DNA of 64,000 nucleotides from an uncultured Muribaculaceae bacterium (GTDB lineage Bacteria > Bacteroidota > Bacteroidia > Bacteroidales > Muribaculaceae): NCBI GenBank assembly GCA_947626355.1, contig CANQRV010000005.1:7573-71572 (forward strand), written 5' to 3'. Numbering within the stretch: the first letter of the stretch is position 1; the number at the start of each line of letters is the position of its first letter. Made by a program: the position numbers and the translations under genes. Positions 1 through 7,656 of this stretch are shown one piece after another. The notes below the pieces were generated by a model. The model had not been told where the DNA came from. It saw only the letters and a list, made by a program, of their open reading frames with translations, and ran no database searches.

Positions 1-668
1 GCAACAACGTGAGCTACCGCAACGTCTTCGCACGCACGAGCGACGACTGCACTACGGTCTACGCCACGCGCAAGGGCTTCATCGGCGGGTGCCGCAACAT
101 CCGGATGGAGGGCTCCGTGCTCTGGGCCGACGTGGCGCACCCCTTCATGATCGGCATCCACGGGAGCGCCGCCGAGCTGGGCATCGATGCTCCCGCCGAC
201 ACGATACAGGATGTGGAATACCGCGACATCGACGTGCTCGACATGAAGGAGCGGCAGATCGACTACCAGGGCGTCTTCGCCATCGTGGCCGGCGACAACA
301 ACTACGTGCGCGACATCACCTTCTCCGACATCCGCGTCGAGGACTTCCGCCAGGGCAAGCTCTTCGACATCAGGGTGGTCTTCAACCGCAAATACAACGC
401 AGCTCCGGGCTCGCTGATCGAAGACATCACCTTCGACGACATCGAATACAACGGCACGCATTCGGAGCTCTCGATGATCATCGGCTACGACGAGAGCCGC
501 AAGGTGAGCGGCATCCACTTCAACGACCTGAAGATCAACGGCAGGAAATACTGGGACAGGATGCCCGGCAAGCCGGGGTGGTATAAGACCGGCGACATGT
601 GCCGCATCTTCATCGGCGAGCATGTGGAAGACGTGACCTTCACAGTAAGCGACGAAAGCGATGACTGA
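1..668 (+). CDS. C-terminal part of a pectin-lyase-fold (beta-helix) glycoside hydrolase, GH28-like; 5' end lies outside the window
   Basis: Frame is open to the window edge; has an RTSDDC motif and repeated beta-helix-type strands (RNIRME, QDVEYRDIDVLD, RDITFSDIRVED). Confidence 0.6.
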   Translation, partial: NNVSYRNVFARTSDDCTTVYATRKGFIGGCRNIRMEGSVLWADVAHPFMIGIHGSAAELGIDAPADTIQDVEYRDIDVLDMKERQIDYQGVFAIVAGDNNYVRDITFSDIRVEDFRQGKLFDIRVVFNRKYNAAPGSLIEDITFDDIEYNGTHSELSMIIGYDESRKVSGIHFNDLKINGRKYWDRMPGKPGWYKTGDMCRIFIGEHVEDVTFTVSDESDD

Positions 669-669
669 G

Positions 670-1161
670 ATGACGAGGCGCCTCACCTTATATATAATCC
701 TGCTGCTGGCCGCGACCCTCCCCGCAGCGGCCGGCATCCGTCATCCGGGGCTGCTCTTCACCCCGGAGAAGGTGGCCGCTGCCAAAGCGCGAATCGCCAC
801 CGACCCGGCGCAGGCGGATGCCTGGAAGAGCATCAGGAAAGAGGCCGACGGCTGGACCACCGACGCCTACATGCTGGCCGTGAGCTATCCCAAAGGAGGG
901 AGCGCGGCCGACCCTGAGAGGATATTCATCAACTACGGGAGCTCGCTGCGGCGCGGCGACAACGTATATTTCTCCTCTCTGTCGAAGCTCAACGCCGTCT
1001 ACAATTGCGGAGAGCCAGACATGGAGCTGGAGGTTAACGGCCAACCCCGCATCAACCTGACTATAAAGGCCGAGCCGGAAACACTCACCGTCAACGGCAA
1101 GACATACCCGACTGTCGCCAAAGACGGTAAGGTGACAATAAAAATTCATGAGAGACAATAA
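670..1161 (+). pseudogene. Internally deleted heparinase II/III-like (DUF4962-type) lyase: signal peptide and N-terminus fused in frame to the extreme C-terminus
   Basis: Signal peptide plus IRHPGLLFT start resembles ~650-aa Bacteroidales lyase-family proteins; jumps at KEAD|GWTTDAY (~850) to a C-terminal beta segment; only ~163 aa remain. Confidence 0.55.
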
Positions 1162-1162
1162 T

Positions 1163-1685
1163 ATGAGAGCCACAGCACTGATATTCACGGCCCTGCTCGC
1201 GGCATGGGGCACGGCTGGCGCCTTCGTGTCGGAAGTGTGGGTCGCCGACCACGGCGACGGCACCTACGCCAACCCGGTGATCAACGCCGACTACAGTGAT
1301 CCCGATGCCATCCGCGTGGGCGACGACTACTATATGACCGCATCGAGCTTCAGCCAGGCGCCCGGGCTGCCTATACTCCACTCGCGCGACCTGGTGAACT
1401 GGGAAATCGTCAACAACGCCCTCGAGCGACTCGTGCCCGAGGAATTCTACGCCACGCCGCGCCACGGCAAAGGGGTATGGGCCCCCTCCATACGCCATCA
1501 CGACGGAGAATACTACATCTTCTGGGGCGACCCCGACTTCGGAGTGTATATGGTGAAGGACAACGACCCACTCGGACACTGGTCGGAGCCTACACTGATA
1601 TGGGCCGGGAAAGGCATCATCGACCCGGCACCGCTCTGGGACGACGATGGAAAGGCATATCTCGTGAACGCCTGGGCGGAGAGCC
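1163..1685 (+). pseudogene. GH43 (xylosidase/arabinosidase type), 3'-truncated
   Basis: NPVINADYSDPDAIRVGDDYY, GVWAPSIRHH and GIIDPAPLWDDDGKAYLV motifs; similarity stops at NAWAES, before the catalytic acid region. Confidence 0.85.
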
Positions 1686-2292
1686 AGCTCTGCGCGACAT
1701 CGCCGTGCGACACGCGGAGACCACCATGCGCCATCACTTCCACCCCGACGCCACCTGCTACCACGTGGCCGTCTACGACACCGTGACCGGCGACTTCCTG
1801 CGCGGCTGCACCCACCAGGGTTACAGCGACAGCAGCGTGTGGGCGCGCGGGCAGGCATGGGCCGTCTACGGCTACACGGTGGTCTACCGGGAGACCAGAG
1901 ACCCCCGCTTCCTTGACTTCGCGCAGAGGGTGGCCGACGCCTATCTCAAGCGGCTCCCGGCCGACGGCGTGCCCTCCTGGGACTTCGACGACCCGCACGG
2001 CGACACGGCTCCGAGAGACGCCTCCGCCGCCTGTGTAGTGGCCTCGGCGCTGCTCGAGCTATGCGGCTATGTGGAGCCGGAGAAGGGCGCGGCCTACCGC
2101 GACGCGGCGGAGATGATGCTCGCCACGCTGAGCTCCGACAGGTATAGAGCCGGCGCCGACAGCCCGGCCTTCCTGCTGCACTCCACGGGCAACCATCCCG
2201 CCGGCTCAGAGATCGACGCTTCGATCGTATATGCCGACTATTACTATCTCGAAGCACTGGAGCGGCTGACGAAAAGGCAAGAGGAACGGTAA
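1678..2292 (+). pseudogene. GH88 unsaturated glucuronyl hydrolase, C-terminal half only (no start), fused out of frame to the GH43 fragment
   Basis: HQGYSDSSVWARGQAWAVYGY, WDFDDP, RDASAA, FLLHSTG and YADYYYLEAL motifs; upstream part of the same ORF is off-frame GH43 sequence. Confidence 0.85.
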
Positions 2293-2378
2293 GACGGGTA
2301 AAACAAAATGAGGATTAAATCGTTTTAACAACTGAAAACTATATTTAACCAGGCATTACAGACAAATACATACCATCG

Positions 2379-4244
2379 ATGAAGACCATCATCACCCTAT
2401 CAGCGGCCCTATTGACCTCGACAGGAGTAATGGGCGCCGCGACACAGCCAGACACAGCAAAGATACTCGACGAAGTAGTGATAGTGGAGCCGACGGCCAA
2501 GGCCCCGGTGCCGCTGCTGCCGCTCGACGTCAAGATAGTGACCAGCGACATAATCGACAAAAGCACCGAGAGCAACGTGCTGCCGGTGCTTCAGAACCGC
2601 ATACCCGGCATGTTCGTGACGGAACGCGGCCTTGCGGGCTACGGAGTGAGCGGCGGAGGCGCCGGCTCGGTGTCGATACGCGGCGTGGGCGGAGGCAACA
2701 AGGTGCTCTTCCTTATCGACGGGCAGCCTCAGTGGGCCGGAGTCTTCGGCCATTCGCTGCCCGACACCTACGTGACCAACGACGTGCAGCGCGTGGAGGT
2801 GGTGAGCGGCCCGTCATCGCTGCTCTACGGATCCGGAGCGATGGGAGGCTCGGTCAACCTGATCACCCGCCGCGCCACCGAGGAGGGATTCGCGGGCTCG
2901 GCTCGCGCCATGGCCGGAAGCTACGGCACCCAGAAATACGGCCTCAAGGGGGGCTGGCACCACAAAGGGCTCCGTGCCTTCGCGGCCGCCAGCTACGAGA
3001 GGAGCGACGGCAACCGCCGAGGCATGGGCTACTGGCTCGCCAACCAGTATGCCTCGCTTAGCTACAACTTCTCGAGCCACTGGGAGGCCGGAGCCAACGT
3101 GATGCTGACGGAGACGAAGGCCGACAACCCCGGCTCCGTCTACCGGGAAGCGCCCCTCGGAATGTGGGCGAAACAGTTCCGCACCACGACATCGATTTTC
3201 GTAAAAAACCGCTACGACATCAGCAGCGGCGGCATCCAGGCCTACTACAACTGGGGCAAGCACGACATCGACGACGGGCTCGACGGCGACAACAAGCCAC
3301 GCACCTTCCTCTTCCACTCCAAGGACTACAACATGGGCGTGACGCTCTATCAGACGGTGAACCCCTGGCAGGGCAACGACCTGAGCGCCGGCGTCGACTT
3401 CAAGCATTGGGGCGGCAAGGCATACAACACCGACAAAGCCACCAAGGAGAAAGACCCGATCATCGACAGGCACGTCAACGAGATAGCGGGCTACGTGATG
3501 ATGCAGCAGGCGCTCTTCCGCGACATCGTGAGCCTCAACGCCGGGGTGAGGCTGGAACACTCGTCGCAGTTTGGCAACGAGTGGGTGCCGCAGGCCGGAT
3601 TCATCCTGCGCCCCTATAGCTCCGGAAGAATGAAATTCAGCTACGGCAAGGGATTCCGCTCCCCCAACATCAGGGAGCTCTACATGTATCCTCCCCACAA
3701 CCCCGAACTGCAGCCGGAGAAGATGAACAACCTCGAGGTGGAGCTTCGCCAGTGGCTACTCGACGGGCGCCTCAACGCGGGGCTCGCCCTCTACTACATA
3801 AACGGCGACAACCTGATACAGACCATGAGGGTCGACGACAGGATGAAAAACGTCAACACGGGCAAATTCATCAACAAGGGCTTCGAGCTCGACGTGACCT
3901 ACACCATCAACAACGAATGGGAGGTGACGGCCAACTACGCCTACCTGCACACCGACAAGCGCATCGTGGGCGCTCCGAAAAACAAGCTTTTCGCCGAGGT
4001 CAGCTATACGCCCGGCAACTGGGAGTTCTCGATCGACACAATGGGGATATGGGGACTCAACACGGAGCAGAGCAAGGAAGACTACTGCCTCCTCAACGCA
4101 CGCTGCGCCTACACCATAGCCTGGCAGGCGCCGCTGACGCTCTTCGTGAAGGGCGAGAACCTGACGGCCGCCAAGTATCAGATCAACTACGGCTTCCCGA
4201 TGCCGAAGGCCACGGTGATGGCCGGCGTGGAATGGAAATTCTGA
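2379..4244 (+). CDS. TonB-dependent outer-membrane receptor (short BtuB-like architecture, not SusC)
   Basis: Signal peptide, plug motifs (SIRG, LFLIDGQP, RVEVVSGPSSLLYGSGAMGGSVNLIT), C-terminal aromatic residue (EWKF). Confidence 0.9.
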   Translation: MKTIITLSAALLTSTGVMGAATQPDTAKILDEVVIVEPTAKAPVPLLPLDVKIVTSDIIDKSTESNVLPVLQNRIPGMFVTERGLAGYGVSGGGAGSVSIRGVGGGNKVLFLIDGQPQWAGVFGHSLPDTYVTNDVQRVEVVSGPSSLLYGSGAMGGSVNLITRRATEEGFAGSARAMAGSYGTQKYGLKGGWHHKGLRAFAAASYERSDGNRRGMGYWLANQYASLSYNFSSHWEAGANVMLTETKADNPGSVYREAPLGMWAKQFRTTTSIFVKNRYDISSGGIQAYYNWGKHDIDDGLDGDNKPRTFLFHSKDYNMGVTLYQTVNPWQGNDLSAGVDFKHWGGKAYNTDKATKEKDPIIDRHVNEIAGYVMMQQALFRDIVSLNAGVRLEHSSQFGNEWVPQAGFILRPYSSGRMKFSYGKGFRSPNIRELYMYPPHNPELQPEKMNNLEVELRQWLLDGRLNAGLALYYINGDNLIQTMRVDDRMKNVNTGKFINKGFELDVTYTINNEWEVTANYAYLHTDKRIVGAPKNKLFAEVSYTPGNWEFSIDTMGIWGLNTEQSKEDYCLLNARCAYTIAWQAPLTLFVKGENLTAAKYQINYGFPMPKATVMAGVEWKF

Positions 4245-4247
4245 ATG

Positions 4248-4276
4248 AAGCCGCCCGGATGGTTCCGGACGGCTTC
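4248..4276. terminator. GC-rich hairpin between convergent genes
   Basis: gaagccgcccgga-tggt-tccggacggcttc with one mismatch; weak U tract. Confidence 0.4.
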
Positions 4277-4356
4277 GCGATTTCAGGGGGGATGTCCCGC
4301 ACCTCACGGGCGAGGCAATCCCAACAACACATATTTTAGATATAAGCTTATAATAG

Positions 4357-4767
4357 TCAGTTGTCTGTCGATTGAGGGAGCGGCTCCATGGCAAGCTGGA
4401 TGGCGAAATCGGCATGGCCGAGCGAGCCGGGCTCGGGGTCGGCAAAAGGCACCTCGATCACCATGAAGGAATCGCGGTATCCTTCAGCCCTGCCCTCAAA
4501 CACGAGGACAGCCGTAGCCTTGCGCATATCCAGCTCAAAGAATCCCTTGCTGTCGGCAGTGGCGACCGCAGGCTTGCTGCCCACACCTTCCAGCATGACC
4601 CTGACCTCGGCACCCCCGACAGGCTTCCCGTCCATATCCACCACCACGCCGGTGATCCGGCATCTGCCGTAGAGGATATCGTCATCGTCGTCGCTGCATG
4701 AGCTGAGAGAAACGGAGATCATTGCCACTGAAAAAAGGAGGAGGAGGATTGAATACAATTTTTTCAT
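4357..4767 (-). CDS. Lipoprotein with a carboxypeptidase-regulatory-like (Ig) domain
   Basis: Lipobox LSSC followed by SDDDDD; ITGVVVDMDGKPVGGAEVRV ... TADSKGFF pattern. Confidence 0.75.
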   Translation of the reverse strand: MKKLYSILLLLFSVAMISVSLSSCSDDDDDILYGRCRITGVVVDMDGKPVGGAEVRVMLEGVGSKPAVATADSKGFFELDMRKATAVLVFEGRAEGYRDSFMVIEVPFADPEPGSLGHADFAIQLAMEPLPQSTDN

Positions 4768-4854
4768 TTTTAATGATTTTTATAGAGTGAGATTAAACTT
4801 TAACCACCCTTAAGACACGGTGGGAGAAGAAAACCCCTACATGGCGCTGAAAAT

Positions 4855-4885
4855 TTTGCAGGATGGGATATTATGTGTAATTTTG
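4855..4885 (+). promoter_or_regulatory. Bacteroidota housekeeping promoter for the DUF418 unit
   Basis: TTTG 4855-4858, 19-nt spacer, TAATTTTG 4878-4885; implies the ATG at 4906 is the start. Confidence 0.75.
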
Positions 4886-4905
4886 TAAGAGATAATACCC
4901 ACGAC

Positions 4906-6078
4906 ATGACCGACAGCATCAAGAAACACCCCCGCATCGATGTGGCCGACGCCCTTCGAGGCTTCGCAGTGCTCGCCATCATCCTTCTGCACTCCATCGA
5001 ACATTTCAATTTCTACTCCTTTCCGCCCACCGACGGACAGGGGGCATGGCTCAACTTCACCGACAAGGCCATCTGGGACGGCCTCTTCTTCCTCTTCGGC
5101 GGCAAAGCCTACGCCATGTTCGCGCTCCTCTTCGGCTTCAGCTTCTTCATCCAGCACGACAACCAGCGTATGCGTGGCAAGGACTTCCGGGCGCGGTTCT
5201 GCTGGCGCCTGCTGATACTCTTCGTCATAGGCAACATCAACGCCTGCTTCTTCACGGGAGAGATCCTCGTGCTCTACTCGCTTGTGGGCTTCGTGCTCGT
5301 GTTCACGTGCCGGCTTCCGGCCAAAGCCACGATAGCGCTTGCCGCCGTCTGCCTGCTCCAGCCGGTGGCCGTCTACCAGATCATCCGGGGACTATGCGAC
5401 CCTTCATATGAGATCATGCGCATCAACTCCGGGCCGATGTGGCAGGCGGCGTTCGCCGCCCAGAGCGGGGGCACATTCCTCGAGATGCTTAAAGTCAATA
5501 TTTGGGAGGGGCAGCTCGCATCACTGGCCTGGGCCTGGGAACACGGCCGCGTGTTCCAGACCGCAGGCATCTTCATGCTCGGCATGCTTATGGGGCGCCA
5601 CGGCTGGCTGCTGCGCGGCCACTTCCATAAATGGGGCTACGTGCTCGCCACCGCCCTTGCCTGCTTCTTCCCGCTGTACGGACTGAGCAACATGCTGCCC
5701 GACTTCATCACGAACCCCAACATGCTGACGCCCCTCGATATCCTCGTCTCCTCGCTGCGCAACCTCGCCTTCGCCGCCATCCTCGTCAGTGCCGTGGTGT
5801 TCGGCTTCTACTGCTCGCGCCGCGCGGCCCGCTTCCTGAGCGCCCTGATTCCCTACGGCAAGCTGAGCATGACCAACTACGTTACACAGGGCATCATAGG
5901 CTCCGCCATCTTCTACCACTGGGGTCTCTACGCCCGCCTCGGCATCACGGCCAGCGTCTTCGTCGGCGTCGCCATCTTCGCCGTGCAGTATCTCTTCTGC
6001 CGCTTCTGGGTGGGGCGACACAATCACGGCCCGCTTGAATACATCTGGAAGAAAGCCACCTGGATATGGCAGTCATGA
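4906..6078 (+). CDS. DUF418 (YeiB-like) multi-pass membrane protein
   Basis: RIDVADALRGFA, FGGKAYAMFALLFGFSF, GKLSMTNYVTQ and GPLEYIW motifs. Confidence 0.9.
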   Translation: MTDSIKKHPRIDVADALRGFAVLAIILLHSIEHFNFYSFPPTDGQGAWLNFTDKAIWDGLFFLFGGKAYAMFALLFGFSFFIQHDNQRMRGKDFRARFCWRLLILFVIGNINACFFTGEILVLYSLVGFVLVFTCRLPAKATIALAAVCLLQPVAVYQIIRGLCDPSYEIMRINSGPMWQAAFAAQSGGTFLEMLKVNIWEGQLASLAWAWEHGRVFQTAGIFMLGMLMGRHGWLLRGHFHKWGYVLATALACFFPLYGLSNMLPDFITNPNMLTPLDILVSSLRNLAFAAILVSAVVFGFYCSRRAARFLSALIPYGKLSMTNYVTQGIIGSAIFYHWGLYARLGITASVFVGVAIFAVQYLFCRFWVGRHNHGPLEYIWKKATWIWQS

Positions 6079-6141
6079 CAGGCAGCAAGACAGAGGCATT
6101 CCCGACATAATCCCGAACATACGAAAAATACAGACCTACAC

Positions 6142-7638
6142 ATGAGAATCAGAACCTTAATCTTAACTCTCTCGGCGGCGGCACTGACGACCTACGGAGC
6201 GCCACGACCGCAGTGGCACCAGACCACCGAGACCGAGACATGGGCGCCGAAGAAAATCAGGCTCGCGGCGAAGCCCGACGCGCCGGTGGTGATGAAAGCC
6301 GCCGACAGCGACCAAGGCACCCCCTTCAAGCATCTCGGCACCACCTTCAACGAGCTCGACTGGGACGCCTTCCTCTCCCTCTCGCGCAACGACCAGGACG
6401 AGCTGATGCGCAGGATGTTCGCCCACGACGGAGACCTGCGCCTGACACGCGGACGCATCTCCATGAACTGCAACGACTACGGCCGCTCCTGGTATAGCTG
6501 CGACGAGGTGGCCGGAGACCTCGAGCTCCGCCACTTCAACATAGAGCGCGACAAGCGCTCCATCATCCCGCTGATACGCGCCGCCCAGAAATACAATCCC
6601 GGCCTCACGTTCTGGACCTCGCCGTGGTCGCCCCCGTCGTGGATGAAGATCAACCACGACTATCCGGTGGTGAGCAGCCGCCACAACGCAGCCGACCCAC
6701 GCGTGGACTACCTGCTCTTCGGTTCGACCGACGAGATCGATGAAGACGAGATGAAGCTCCTCGGAGAGCGTGACGGCAAGTTTCCGCGACGCCTCGCCAC
6801 GCAGGACTATTTCATCCAGGATCCACGCTATCTCCAGGCCTACGCCGACTATTTCTGCAAATTCATCGACGCCTACAGGGAGCAGGGAGTGCCCATCGAC
6901 ATGGTGATGTATCAGAACGAAGCCTACAGCTACACCCCGTATCCGGGGTGCGCCTGGACAGCCGAGGGCACCGTGAGGTTCAACCGCGACTACCTCGCCC
7001 CGACGCTTGCGAAACATCATCCGGAAGTGGACCTCTATCTCGGCACCTTCAACACCAACCGCCAGGACTACGTGGAGAAGATACTCTCCGACGGGAAGCT
7101 GACCGACGCCATCGGCGGCATCGGCTTCCAGTGGGAGGGACGCGAGATCCTGCCCGAGATACGCCGGCAGCATCCGCAGCTGAGCTATATCTGCTCTGAG
7201 AGCGAGTGTGGCAACGGCGACATGGACTGGAAGGCCGGCGAGCATACCTTCTTCATCCTGGCCGACAACCTCGGCAACGGATGCGACGAATGGTATAACT
7301 GGAACTTCCTGCTTCCGAAGAAGGGCACGAGCCCCTGGGGATGGAACCAGAACGCCCTGGTGGAGCTCGACCCGGATAGCCGCACCATCCGCTACACGCC
7401 GGAATACCAGGCCGTGAAGCATTTCGCCCAGGCTCTCGAGCCGGGCTCCCGCATAGTGGCTTATACCGGACGCGATGAAAAGGGTATCACCGGCATCATG
7501 GCGAGAGACAAGGCCGGAAGGTATTCGGTGGTGATCGCCAACCGCGAGGACACGCCGCGCCCGATATCCGTGGAGGTCAACGGCCGCTACATCAACGCCA
7601 CCCTCGATCCCCATTCCTTCAACACATTCAGCCTTTAA
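6142..7638 (+). CDS. Glycoside hydrolase family 30, secreted
   Basis: Signal peptide; FWTSPWSPPSWMK, YQNE (acid/base), SESECG (nucleophile) and YNWNFLL motifs. Confidence 0.85.
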   Translation: MRIRTLILTLSAAALTTYGAPRPQWHQTTETETWAPKKIRLAAKPDAPVVMKAADSDQGTPFKHLGTTFNELDWDAFLSLSRNDQDELMRRMFAHDGDLRLTRGRISMNCNDYGRSWYSCDEVAGDLELRHFNIERDKRSIIPLIRAAQKYNPGLTFWTSPWSPPSWMKINHDYPVVSSRHNAADPRVDYLLFGSTDEIDEDEMKLLGERDGKFPRRLATQDYFIQDPRYLQAYADYFCKFIDAYREQGVPIDMVMYQNEAYSYTPYPGCAWTAEGTVRFNRDYLAPTLAKHHPEVDLYLGTFNTNRQDYVEKILSDGKLTDAIGGIGFQWEGREILPEIRRQHPQLSYICSESECGNGDMDWKAGEHTFFILADNLGNGCDEWYNWNFLLPKKGTSPWGWNQNALVELDPDSRTIRYTPEYQAVKHFAQALEPGSRIVAYTGRDEKGITGIMARDKAGRYSVVIANREDTPRPISVEVNGRYINATLDPHSFNTFSL

Positions 7639-7656
7639 CATAACCTACATACCTAC

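Noticed and set aside
2293-2378. Cobalamin riboswitch upstream of the TonB receptor
   Set aside because: Region is too short and AT-rich; no B12-box or conserved helices recognised
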